Assembly (NCBI GenBank): GCA_965248265.1
Contig: CBDFJF010000002.1
Span: 416,001-480,000 of the forward strand
DNA: 64,000 bases
From: Candidatus Latescibacterota bacterium
Lineage (GTDB): Bacteria > Latescibacterota > UBA2968 > UBA8231
Direction: 5' to 3'
Of the stretch, positions 41,276 to 51,500 are shown in pieces. Within the stretch, counting starts at the first letter, position 1. The number at the start of each line of letters is the position of its first letter. The notes under the pieces were generated by a model. It was given only the letters and a program-made list of their open reading frames with translations, was not told the DNA's origin and searched no databases. Position numbers and translations under genes: made by a program.

Positions 41276-42388
41276 GTGACGCAACCCCTCATCATCGATC
41301 TACACCTCGACCTCGCCTGGGACGCCCTGTTCTGGAATCGCGACCTGACCCAGACGGCAGAGCAGGTGCGCCGGCAGGAAGACAGTGAGATTCCGCAGGT
41401 AGCCGAGGGTTTTACCACGGGTACCTGCACGGTGACATTTCCCGAGATGCGACGAGGCAGCGCCGGTATCATGCTGAGTACCATCATGTCGCGAATCGAG
41501 CCTCGCTATCGCAGGAATCGCCGCGACGGCATGCGGACGCAGGAACAGGCGATGGCGGTCGGGCGTGGGCATCTGGCGTACTACCAGGCGATGGTCAGAA
41601 GAGGCGAGATTTCGCCGGTGTTGTCGCTCGATGATCTGGAGGAGGCCGTGCGCGTATGGGGTGAGTCTCCGAATGAAAGCACGCCCATCTACCACGTCCT
41701 GTCGATGGAGAGTGCCGACCCGATCATTGACGCCGATGACGTCGGCTTCTGGTGGGATGCAGGTCTCCGGGTCGTTGGGCCTGCCCACTTCGGTCACAAT
41801 ACATACATACACGGAACGTTCACCAGAGGCGGGTTGAAGCCGGCAGCCAAGCCACTCTACGCGGCGATGCGCGAGGCCGGGATGATTCTGGACATCACCC
41901 ACATGTCGGACCAGGCGGTATGGGAGTCGTTCGACTTATGGGACGGCCCGGTGATGGCATCACACTGCAACTGCCGGTCGCTCGTCAGAGGCCAGCGCCA
42001 CCTCACGGATGACATGATCAGCGAGCTCATCCGGCGCGACGGCATCATCGGCCTCGTGTTCTGCCAGAACTTCATCGACCCGGACATCATCTGGGAGAAA
42101 GCGCAGTTCGGGTCTTCGTCTGGCACGAGGTCGAGCTACGGTATGGACGGGCTCGTCCCGCACATCGAACGCATCGCCGATCTGGCGGGCGGATCATCCG
42201 CCAATGTCGCCATCGGCACCGACATGGATGGTGGCTTCGGCGCCGAGCTGACGCCGGTTGACGTGGACACGATTGCTGACCTACAAGGATTCCCCACGGT
42301 GCTGCGCAACGCCGGCATCGGCGATCCGGACATCGACGGCATCCTGCATGGAAACGCCTTGCGCTTTTTTCGTCAGGCGTGGTCCTGA
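41276..42388 (+). CDS. Membrane dipeptidase (M19) family
   Basis: DLHLD, SMESAD, LDITH, ASHCN and IGTDMDGG. Confidence 0.88.
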   Translation: MTQPLIIDLHLDLAWDALFWNRDLTQTAEQVRRQEDSEIPQVAEGFTTGTCTVTFPEMRRGSAGIMLSTIMSRIEPRYRRNRRDGMRTQEQAMAVGRGHLAYYQAMVRRGEISPVLSLDDLEEAVRVWGESPNESTPIYHVLSMESADPIIDADDVGFWWDAGLRVVGPAHFGHNTYIHGTFTRGGLKPAAKPLYAAMREAGMILDITHMSDQAVWESFDLWDGPVMASHCNCRSLVRGQRHLTDDMISELIRRDGIIGLVFCQNFIDPDIIWEKAQFGSSSGTRSSYGMDGLVPHIERIADLAGGSSANVAIGTDMDGGFGAELTPVDVDTIADLQGFPTVLRNAGIGDPDIDGILHGNALRFFRQAWS

Positions 42389-42410
42389 CAGCGCGGCCGA
42401 TGCCTCGTTT

Positions 42411-43544
42411 TCAACACGGCCAGTAGGGTCCATCCGTCTCGTACTTCCACGCGTACTTCGCAACCATATCTAAATCCAGCTCGATCCCCATCCCGGGTCG
42501 ATCGGGTACGGCGATATCGCCCCCCTCGAACACGAGCATTTCCGGAGGGACGATATCCCCCTCGTTGAGCTGGTGCATGACCTGGTGACCTGCCGTCTGG
42601 TTGGGGATCGTGGCCAGCACCTGCAGTGCCGTGAGCGTGCTGACACCCGTTTCCCCCATCACGCCGTGACGGCACACCGGCAATCCTCCCGCCTGCGCCA
42701 CCGCCGCCAGTTTCTTCATCCCCAGAACCCCTCCGGTCTCGTGCAGACCTGCGACGATGACGTCCGCCGCGCCTTTACGAATGACCTGCATGGCCTCTTT
42801 ATCCGTGAAGCATCCCTGATCGACGGCGATCGGCATCGGCACCGACGCCCGCACATGAGCCAGGCCGTCCAGATCCTGCCAGTCGATCGGTTGCTCGGCG
42901 AAGTCGATGTTGTAACGGGCGAGGGCGTTCAGTTCCTGAATCGCTTCACCCACCTGCCATGCCATGTTGGCGTCCACCCGTAAGCGGACGTCGTCCCCGA
43001 CTTGCTTGCGAATCGCTTCAACACAGGCGGCATCGCGTGACCGACCGCGTCCTACTTTCAGATAAAGGACACCGAATCCCTCGTTGGTCAGCTGCTTCGC
43101 GTGAGCCGCCAGTTTGTCCGGATCGTCGCCCTGCAGGAAACCGAAGTGGTTGATTCGTTGGTGGAAGGCGCCGCCGAATAGCTTGTGGACAGGCAGGTTG
43201 GCCACCTTGCCCGCGATATCCCAGAGCGCCGTCTCGACACCCGCGAGCGCCTGGTGGGCGAAACGACGCATGTCGTCCCACTTCGCCGCCCGGTAGAACC
43301 GGTGGAGGAAGGATTCGACCTCGAGCGGATCTTCACCTTCGAGCAAGCGAGCGGCCGCGCGAACGATGCCGAGGATCGCTTCAGCTGACCGGTCTCCGCA
43401 GGCCTCGCCGACACCGGTGATGCCCTCGTCGGTCTCGACCTCGACCAGCACGACGTTGATGCCCACGGCCACACCGTGGCTGTAGTAGTATGATTCCTTG
43501 AACGGGATCGCCATGGGCGTCGCTTTGACTTTCGTAACCTTCAT
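42411..43544 (-). CDS. Mandelate racemase/muconate lactonizing (enolase superfamily) enzyme
   Basis: TDEGITGVGE, ALWDIAGK, YLKVG, RVDAN, AEQP and PGMGIE; ATG at 43544. Confidence 0.88.
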   Translation of the reverse strand: MKVTKVKATPMAIPFKESYYYSHGVAVGINVVLVEVETDEGITGVGEACGDRSAEAILGIVRAAARLLEGEDPLEVESFLHRFYRAAKWDDMRRFAHQALAGVETALWDIAGKVANLPVHKLFGGAFHQRINHFGFLQGDDPDKLAAHAKQLTNEGFGVLYLKVGRGRSRDAACVEAIRKQVGDDVRLRVDANMAWQVGEAIQELNALARYNIDFAEQPIDWQDLDGLAHVRASVPMPIAVDQGCFTDKEAMQVIRKGAADVIVAGLHETGGVLGMKKLAAVAQAGGLPVCRHGVMGETGVSTLTALQVLATIPNQTAGHQVMHQLNEGDIVPPEMLVFEGGDIAVPDRPGMGIELDLDMVAKYAWKYETDGPYWPC

Positions 43545-43557
43545 GGACCGGCCCGTC

Positions 43558-44457
43558 TCATTGGACGTCGAAGTCCAGCTGCCCGAGTCCGGCGTGCAGG
43601 GCCGAGATCCCCGCCTCGTCGAGGGGAGGCACGACACGAGTCGGTCCCACGGGAGTGCCGCGATCCGCCAACATCTGCTTGATGGCCGGCAGCACGCCGA
43701 CTTCGATCAACAGACGGATCACGCGGTTCGCCTTCAGCTGGCACTCGCGGGCGACAGCGAGATTTCCGTCCTCGAAGGCGCGCCGCATCTGCAGGTATAG
43801 CTTCGGCATGATGTTGTAGGTGCTGCCGATGGCGGCATCGGCACCCATCACCATCGCCGGCAGCGCCATCTGATCGGGACCGGAGATGGCGTTGAGTTCC
43901 CCGCCCGAACGGTCGATCAGCTGGCCGAAGAGGTACAGGTCGTTGTCCGTAAACTTGACGCCGGTGAAGTTCGGAACAGCCCGCATCGCCTGCAGGAAGT
44001 GGTCTGCCGTGGCGGATGCGTCGGCTTCGTTTGCGAGCCAGTACACGAAAAACGGCAGGTCGCTGCCGGCACCGATTGCCGCATAGTGGGAGACTGCTGC
44101 CTCGAGGTCATTCGGAGCATCGACCGGAGCCACTGAAGCGACGCCGTCGATGCCCGGTACCTGAGCGGCATGCCGGGCCAATTCCACTGCGTCTTCGGTC
44201 GAAGTGCCGCCGACCTGCACGATGATCCGCACCGCTCCCGCAACCTCGTCAGCGACCATCTCGGCCACTTCCACGCGCTCAGCTACCGTCATCACTCTGC
44301 CCTCACCGGTGCCGCCGCAGACGAAAAATCCCTGAATCCCGGTATCAATATGCGCACGCACCAGGGCCCGTTGGCGAGCCGTGTCGACGTGCTCGCCACT
44401 GTCGTCAAAAGCCGTGCACAATGCCGGCCAGATCCCGTGTACCAGTTTCTCGCTCAA
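43558..44457 (-). CDS. DHDPS/N-acetylneuraminate lyase-family aldolase
   Basis: GGTGEG, VY, GVKFTD and GAIGSTYN-like AAIGSTYN; probable TTG start at 44457. Confidence 0.85.
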   Translation of the reverse strand: MSEKLVHGIWPALCTAFDDSGEHVDTARQRALVRAHIDTGIQGFFVCGGTGEGRVMTVAERVEVAEMVADEVAGAVRIIVQVGGTSTEDAVELARHAAQVPGIDGVASVAPVDAPNDLEAAVSHYAAIGAGSDLPFFVYWLANEADASATADHFLQAMRAVPNFTGVKFTDNDLYLFGQLIDRSGGELNAISGPDQMALPAMVMGADAAIGSTYNIMPKLYLQMRRAFEDGNLAVARECQLKANRVIRLLIEVGVLPAIKQMLADRGTPVGPTRVVPPLDEAGISALHAGLGQLDFDVQ

Positions 44458-44601
44458 CTCGATTCCCTCGGTTAAGTCATTCACACGCTTGCCGAATGCC
44501 GAAATGTCTGGGTAGCATAAGGCAATGATCAAGGCCGTGCTGAGTTGCCGAATGTACGTCATGTGGAGCTCCTCTCCCTAGCAGCTGCCCCATGACGCCA
44601 A

Positions 44602-44791
44602 TCAGTGGCGGATACTGCGAGACGTATAGATCTCGCGGTCCACGAGCCCTGGGCTAGCCACTTCCGTGTCTGGAGATCCACGGCATGTCCCGTGGCGATG
44701 CGGGTCACAGGGTTCGCGTCCGAAGGCCGAGGAATCTTCGTGGAGGGAGCAGGCGCAGGACCGACGGGAGTCGGTCTGATTCCGCCATTGA
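44602..44791 (+). ncRNA. Candidate structured non-coding RNA of unknown class
   Basis: 11-bp closing stem and six or more nested helices; wobble pairs are G-U only on the + strand; GCGA and GGGA GNRA tetraloops. Confidence 0.45.
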
Positions 44792-44850
44792 CGACCCCGC
44801 TGGCGCGTGTGTTTTATGTGGATGGCAGGTTCCGTGGACCGTGGGGCGGT

Positions 44851-45249
44851 CTACTTGACCAGCATCATCTTGCGGATCTGCGAGAATTCACCGGCTTCCA
44901 GGTTGTAGAAGTAGACGCCGCTGGCGACGGCCCTACCCTGGGTGTCGGCACCATCCCACTTGAACAGGTCCAGCGTGTCGGTACGGCCCGTGACGTAGCC
45001 AGGAGCCTTCACCGTCAACTCGTAGATTCCTGGTGGAATCTGGATGAGCTGGAAGGTGCCGAAGCTGTTCGCGGGCACGTTGACGGAGTCCTCGAGGACG
45101 CCGCCACCCAGATCCACTGGCGTGCTGTCGTTGGCTGCGATGTAGGCTTGGTCGGTGACGTCCTTGGTGCTACCGACCTCGCGTATATAGCACATCCATT
45201 GTGTCAGCGTAGTCCGAACGGCCTTTGGTGTTGATGTCGATTTCCCATG
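44851..45249 (-). pseudogene. Remnant of a large secreted protein with a FlgD/T9SS-like tail
   Basis: EIDINTKGRSDYADTMDV, a frameshift, then YIREVGS...PGIYELTVKAPGY...TLDLF joined abruptly to KWDGAD..ASGVYFY..RKMMLVK. Confidence 0.65.
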
Positions 45250-45319
45250 CTCGTCACGGTCAAGCTCATTAGTATGCGATCCCAGCGACTCGCCGGTCTG
45301 CTAAGCCCCGGGGTTTGGG

Positions 45320-47530
45320 TCATGAGCGCTCCGCCGAGTCTGTCGTACACCATACAGGACTGCCCCAGGCTTTTTCCTGGTTCACCTGGACCACGCGAAT
45401 CCAGTAAGCGTTGAGTCCCGGATTCGGCTGAGGGTCGTCGAACTCGAAGCTGGCGTCCCACGGCCCATCGGAGGCCGGGGCTGGCTCGACCTCGACGCGT
45501 TGTCCCAATCCCCCTGCGTCGATGGTGGTGGCCGTATTCAGAACTCCCGACACAGGCAGCGAGAACGTCGCCGGCCCGGTCGTTACCTGCAACGACCCGG
45601 TTGCGCCGCCGAGATCGAGCACGAAGCCGCGTGCGTCGCCGGCTGTGGAGATGTCCCAGGTGAGGCCGTTGTTTGCCGTCTGGGTGATGCGATCGCGGTT
45701 GTCGATGAGGGCGACTGGCTGCACCTGCCGCAGGAATACGTCGGTGAGTTGCAGTTCACCATCCCAACGAGTGGACCGGCTGCGTCCGCGGACGCGAGCG
45801 CCGGCGAACAGTACCCGCAACTGATGTCCATCCGCCGGCCGTGCGATCTGCTCAGTGTGAATGCACTCCATGCCACGGAACAAGTCGATGCGTTCGAGTG
45901 GTCCGGTGGCGTGAACGGAAACCCGGATTCGGGGCGGTCCCGTGATTTCGATCTCCTCGCCCGTCGGATGTCCGTCCACGGTGAAGTCGACGACGATGCG
46001 TTCGCCGCTGGTGGCATAGCATCGGCGCGCCATCGTCGAGTTCCAGATGGATTCGCGCGTCAGTTCCTCCACATAAAGCCCGGTCAGGCCATTGCGAGCT
46101 GCGAAATGGCCCAGGTGCGGCCCCGGGTAGCAGGCGCCCGGATGACCGTAGTGGTCGTCGCTGCCGCCGGCGAATCCGACCTTCAATTCTCGTTCGATGG
46201 CTTCCTCGATCATCCATTCGAACATGCCGTGCTTGGAGTGTACCTCAATGACGGGCTCGAGCTCGGGGTCGTGGAATTCCAGGTTTGCCGGCCTGCCACC
46301 GACATGCGGGTAGCTGATGGCACGGGTGCCGCGCAGGGTGTCATGGATCTTGGTAATGTGGTCGCGGTCGCTGGCAACGTCTCCAAAATCAGTTTGCAGC
46401 CAGTGGCAACAGCGGTGGAGGGGAGGATCATCGTCGAAAAAGAACAGGGCGTGATCACCACCCATCGGCGTTGTTCCGGACCACTCGTAACCGACGAAGG
46501 GGATGAAGCGCCCGGGCTCGTGATAGGCGCGGGTCTTCTCCTTCAGTTCTACCATATCATCGGCGGTGACTTCAAAGCAGTTTCCCTGGTGAGTCGTGAA
46601 CGCCAGGACGCCGACGTCGCGGGCGAAGCGATAGAACTGGTCGATGGAGCCAACGCCGACGGTGGCTCCGGTCTGGCCGCCGTGAAAATCGCCCCAATGC
46701 AGTCGCGGCCCATCGAGTTTTTCGTGGATGACCACTGGATTGCTCAGTGCTTCACGGCCCTGCGAATCGGTAGCCCGGATGCGGACGACGCCGGCTTCAT
46801 CGAATACGACCTCTTCGGTGCGCAGTACAGCGATGAACTCCCCAGAAAACTGCATGGACTGGGGCAGCTGTGTGCGCGCGCCCTCGGTTGAGAGACGGAC
46901 CTCGTCGGCATATCCGGTGGCGGGGTTGCCGTGCCGGTCCTCTGCTTTAACCACCAGCCATCCGCTTTCGCCGACGGCCACTTCAGACGGTGCGATGGCG
47001 ACGAGTCGTTGAGTCGGACCTCCGGCTACGCGCAAACGCGGCGACTGTGGCAGCGGCTGAAAGCTGCCGGTGCCAAACGGATCGATGAACAGCTTGAACT
47101 CAAATTCGCTCTCGTCGTAGGTCTGCGACGTCATCCCGGGACTGCCGGCCGAAGTGTCGCCGAGCACGATGGTGATGGTGTCTCCCTCCCACAGCGCATC
47201 GTCGTCGACATCGATGGTGAGGGCCTGGCGCCAATGACGGATGTATCCGCGCCATTCAAAACGGGATTGGAGCCGGGCGCCGCCGCGCGACTGCAGATGG
47301 ATGGTGGTGTAATCGGGTGCCTGAGGATCATCAAATTGAGGTGCGCCCCAGTCACTGACCTGACGCCATGCCAGCTTGACGGAGCCGCGCTCGTCGATGC
47401 CCCAGCGACCGACGCGAAAGGTGATGCGCCAGGTACCCAGTTCGCCGGCGACTGCATCGGCGGCCGGATCGACCGTCGCCGATCCCAGTTCATCCCTCCA
47501 TTGCTGTTGGGTCCACTCAGGTAAACGCAT
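45320..47530 (-). CDS. DUF3604-type PHP-like metallohydrolase
   Basis: WGDFHG, GYEWS..GGDH, PHVGG, EVHSKHG, GSDDH.GHPG, RRCYATSG and AWGSP. Confidence 0.8.
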   Translation of the reverse strand: MRLPEWTQQQWRDELGSATVDPAADAVAGELGTWRITFRVGRWGIDERGSVKLAWRQVSDWGAPQFDDPQAPDYTTIHLQSRGGARLQSRFEWRGYIRHWRQALTIDVDDDALWEGDTITIVLGDTSAGSPGMTSQTYDESEFEFKLFIDPFGTGSFQPLPQSPRLRVAGGPTQRLVAIAPSEVAVGESGWLVVKAEDRHGNPATGYADEVRLSTEGARTQLPQSMQFSGEFIAVLRTEEVVFDEAGVVRIRATDSQGREALSNPVVIHEKLDGPRLHWGDFHGGQTGATVGVGSIDQFYRFARDVGVLAFTTHQGNCFEVTADDMVELKEKTRAYHEPGRFIPFVGYEWSGTTPMGGDHALFFFDDDPPLHRCCHWLQTDFGDVASDRDHITKIHDTLRGTRAISYPHVGGRPANLEFHDPELEPVIEVHSKHGMFEWMIEEAIERELKVGFAGGSDDHYGHPGACYPGPHLGHFAARNGLTGLYVEELTRESIWNSTMARRCYATSGERIVVDFTVDGHPTGEEIEITGPPRIRVSVHATGPLERIDLFRGMECIHTEQIARPADGHQLRVLFAGARVRGRSRSTRWDGELQLTDVFLRQVQPVALIDNRDRITQTANNGLTWDISTAGDARGFVLDLGGATGSLQVTTGPATFSLPVSGVLNTATTIDAGGLGQRVEVEPAPASDGPWDASFEFDDPQPNPGLNAYWIRVVQVNQEKAWGSPVWCTTDSAERS

Positions 47531-47569
47531 GTAATCGTCTTTCTGGGTCCGTCGTCAGGATCAGGGGGT

Positions 47570-47585
47570 CCTGAGATATCTCAGG
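47570..47585. promoter_or_regulatory. Perfect 16-bp palindrome, candidate operator
   Basis: CCTGAGATATCTCAGG, 40 bp upstream of the DUF3604 start in a divergent intergenic region. Confidence 0.4.
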
Positions 47586-47822
47586 CTACCTTGAGGATGT
47601 CGCCTCGCTATCCACGGAGCGCTTTCCCTGTTGCGATAGTAATCCAGAATAACAGCCCAGGCGGGTCGGACGCACAAGTCGAGTTGGCCGTGGTGCCATG
47701 GGACACGCCCGAGCTGGCTGCGGCGCCGCTCGATCGACACCTGTTACCAGCACGGGACATCACTGTGTGCACGAAGACTCCCTTGCGCGTGGGGAATAAG
47801 CACCTGCGCACTGTCGCGGATG

Positions 47823-47839
47823 CTGGCATGAGCCTTGCA
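47823..47839 (+). promoter_or_regulatory. sigma54 (-24/-12) promoter
   Basis: CTGGCATGAGCCTTGCA: GG-N10-GC, about 60 bp upstream of the AAGGAG RBS and ATG at 47902. Confidence 0.7.
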
Positions 47840-47901
47840 AATCACGGACCCGGACCACTTGGTAAACCCACAGCGCCCCCGTACATTGCAAGGAGTAGAT
47901 T

Positions 47902-48480
47902 ATGTCCGAGCCTCCCGAGTCTACAGCCTCACAACCGCAACCTGAAGACATGCACTGGGCCGTATCATACCTGCGCGAGGATCTGCAGGACATCCGCAAC
48001 GAGACACGCGGACTCCACGAGCGGATTGACGACGCGCGCACCGCGGCCACTGGCGAAAGCCGTGATCTCCAAAAGCGAATCGACGACACAAGCGCGGCGG
48101 CGGCCAGCGAACGCCGTGATCTTCGTAAGCGAATCGACGAGTTAGGCGCCGAGGCCGTCCGTGAGCGCGGCGAACTGCGAAAGCGAATTGACGAGGTGAG
48201 CGCGGAGGCGTCCAACGAGCGCGGCGAGCTCCGAAAGCGAATTGACCAGGTAGGCGCCGAGGCATCCAACGAGCGCGGCGAGCTTCGCAAACGAATCGAC
48301 CAGGTAGGCGTCGAGGCATCCAACGAACGCGGCGAGCTTCGCAAACGAATCGACGACACGAACTCTTCGATGAATGCTCGGTTCGAGGCTCTTTCTACGC
48401 GTCTGGATACCCATTTCCGCTGGACCATGATGGCGATGATCAGCATAGGCGGCCTTCTGGCTGCCATGATCAAGCTGTAA
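47902..48480 (+). CDS. Membrane-anchored coiled-coil repeat protein (DUF1640/CCDC90-like architecture)
   Basis: Seven 18-aa repeats (NERGELRKRIDQVGAEAS type) and one C-terminal TM helix; AAGGAG RBS. Confidence 0.8.
   Translation: MSEPPESTASQPQPEDMHWAVSYLREDLQDIRNETRGLHERIDDARTAATGESRDLQKRIDDTSAAAASERRDLRKRIDELGAEAVRERGELRKRIDEVSAEASNERGELRKRIDQVGAEASNERGELRKRIDQVGVEASNERGELRKRIDDTNSSMNARFEALSTRLDTHFRWTMMAMISIGGLLAAMIKL
47998..48375 (+). repeat. 54-bp tandem repeat, about 7 units
   Basis: Recurrent AACGAGCGCGGCGAGCTTCGCAAACGAATCGAC-like unit; later copies are most alike. Confidence 0.9.
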
Positions 48481-48521
48481 GGAAATTCCCCAGGGATCAT
48501 CGAGCAGCCTGGCCCGGCTAC

Positions 48522-51500
48522 TCACTTCAGCAACAACAGCTTCCTCGTCGCAACATGTCCGTCACTTCTGAGGCGATACAGATATACTCCGGAAGCGACT
48601 GGCCGGCCTTCGTCGTCGCGACCGTCCCAGCGAACGGTGTGGCTACCAGCCTCCAGGATCGATTTGTGCAACATGCGAATTCTCTGGCCGGCCAGGTTGT
48701 AGACTGCAAGCGAGCCCTGGGCGCGAACTGGGATGGAGAAGCTCACGACCGTGCCGCTGTTGAAGGGATTCGGAAAATTCTGGTGAAGCTCGAAATCGTG
48801 GGGTACGGCTGTTGGCTCCTGTGTCACGGCAGTCTCCCTCCCATCCAGCCGGTACACACCCCACGACGTGGCGACGAACAGCGCGTCCGGATCCGCTGGA
48901 CTGACAGCGACATCGTTGAACCACGGATAACCCGCTATACCTGTCCCGATTGAATTCCAGCTCTCACCCCCATCGCGCGTTTCCAGCAATTCTCTCGGAG
49001 TTACAACGAAGAGCCGGTTGCTGTCGTGCGGATCGAAGCGGATGCGTACCGGATGGGGGATGCGTACCGCCGGGTCCTCTACCATTTCGATGAAGACCCA
49101 TTGCTGGCCAGCCTCGTGCATGAGCTTCCAGTCCTCGCCGTTATCGACGGAGTTGTAAACCCCTTCTGATGTAGCAGCCCACAGCCGCGTGGTGCCGGGT
49201 TGCGCCTCCAGCGTCAATAGATCGCCCTGTCCCGCCTCACCGGCGAGCACCCAATTCAGACCCTGGTCCGCACTGCGATAGATCCGGTTTTCGATCGCGG
49301 CATACAGCCTGCCGCCATCTCGCGTATCGAGTGCTAGTCCGGTCACTGATCCTTCTTCCGGGAGCGACCGCTCTTCCCATGATTCCCCGCCATCGTCACT
49401 GCGCAGGATAGTACCTGGCCGAGCAGAATAGAACACCCCTCGCTGCGTCGGATCGGCGATGATCGTCGGGGAAGCCGAGGCCTTCGAGGTCCCTTCTATC
49501 CACGTCGCACCGTCGTCCTCACTGACCAGGAGGTTGCCCTGCGCCAGACCGAGCAAGCGGCCACGATTGAAGAGATCGAGCTTCAGACTGGTGAACTTCC
49601 ATGACAGGTTGGACTTCCACATCCATGTGGCTCCAGCGTCCGAACTCACATAGATCGCGGCCTTTTCCTCTACATTTTCCAGCACCCCTGCGTACAGACG
49701 GCCGTCGGCATCGAACACAATCGTGCTTGCCGGTGCACCGGCGGGGTCTTCAAGCTGTGGATGGCTCCAGGTGCGGAAGGCATCACGTGAGTGCGGGATT
49801 GATAGCGTCCACCCTGTTGGGTACCCTCCACAACACTGCATCACGATCATGACGTGCTCGGGGTCATGCGGATCAATCACCATGTCCTCGATGTGGCCAT
49901 AATAGTCTAGCGATTCTGACCACCGCCGCTCTGATTGCTTCCAGGTCTCCCCACCGTCGCTGGACCGAGCGAAGTGGGACCAGGTATTGTGATCGTACAG
50001 AACAAACGGGCTGTAGCGAGGCGCTCGAACTTGGAAAATTCCCTGTCGTCGAGCCGGTTGGTTGGTCTTGCCAATGGACTGCCAGCTGCGTGCGTTGTCG
50101 GGGGATTCCCAGAGTTGCTTCGACTCATAATCGATAGCGAGGAGGCAGTCGGGACATCTAGGATCAGCTTCGATCGACCACCACCGCCCCGGCGGCTCGC
50201 CGCCTTCAATCCAGTTCATACCGCCATCAGCACTGCCGAACACGCGACCGTCATCGACAACGGCGTAGATCCAGTGGGGCTCCAATGGATGCACGAGTAC
50301 GGCCTGCCACTGCTCCAGCAATCCGGAGTCCCGCCAAGAATCACCGGCGTCGTCTGAAATCCACAACCTCTGGTCCCTCTGCGCGTACAGCCGGCTCCCT
50401 CTTGCTGGATCTACCGCCAAAAGGGCCACGTCCATTCCAGTTCCCGGAATTGAAATCGATTCCCAGGTCAGCCCTCCATCGCGACTGCGCAGCGGATGAA
50501 CGGTGATGTATACGGTGCTGGGATCGACGGCGTCTACGACAACCCCGTGCAGGGGAAGAGGCGACCACGGCGACACATAGAATATATCCTCCATGGACCT
50601 CTGTAACATGACGCCCATCGGATCCCAGGAGTCACCGCCATCGATGCTGCGCCACAAGGCTGTTTGGGTCGTCGCGTAGACGACACCCGGTGAGCTCGGC
50701 GAGAACGCGATGCCCGTGTTCGCCGACACCCAGTGATCCGACGGGGGGCCGACAAAGCGCCAGGAACCCGTGTTGTGAGGCGCCGGTCTCGACACCGGCG
50801 TGAAATTCAAAACCTGAAAGACACCGATCCCCTCGTTGCCGAACTCGTCCTCTGCCTGTGACTGGAGTAGATACAACCCATCGGGGATGTCGGACCATAT
50901 CGCTTCAAATCGACTCTCCATCCAATGCAAGGGAATACGGGCTATCTCGGTCGTATCTCGATACGCATAAGCAACGGCGTTTACCGAGCTGATCTCACTG
51001 CTTTCCTGGATATCAGCCATGGACATGCTCAGTAGTAGGCCATCTCCTGCCCTCTCGATTGCCAGCCTGGCCACTCGCGGCGCTGTCTCGTCTCCACCCT
51101 CGGCCACTTCCACGTATACCGTGTCTCTCCTGAGACTGACGCTTCCAGTTCTGACCAACAGCTCGAATCCGAGCATGTCTCCAGCCTCCACCCCGGACTG
51201 AATCATGAAATCGGAAGAGCGGATACGAGCCGTCGTCGCGCTCGCTTCGACACTCCCGCGAGCGCTCCCCAGTGCTACAGCGTCGGGATGCAGTGAGCGA
51301 AGGTCGAACGTCAGCGCGGCAAGCGCGTCCGGTGCCTTCACATCCAGGAGGAGTTCGAGATGAATAATCTCACCGGTCTGAGCTTTGCCATCCCCATCGG
51401 AAACACTGTCCACGATCCCCACTTCACGAATGGCCAGCCCCGGCGAGACTCCAGTGAGCATTACCTCTTGGACCCCCACCAGCTCCTCACCGACGTAGAC

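Noticed and set aside
45500-46891. Long antisense ORFs (also 5199-6287, 8504-9256, 36083-37120, 52951-54390)
   Set aside because: They are shadows of well-supported opposite-strand genes in GC-rich DNA and carry no motifs.
47998-48375. 54-bp repeats as CRISPR or a non-coding repeat
   Set aside because: The units are contiguous, in frame and have no unique spacers; they encode a coiled coil.
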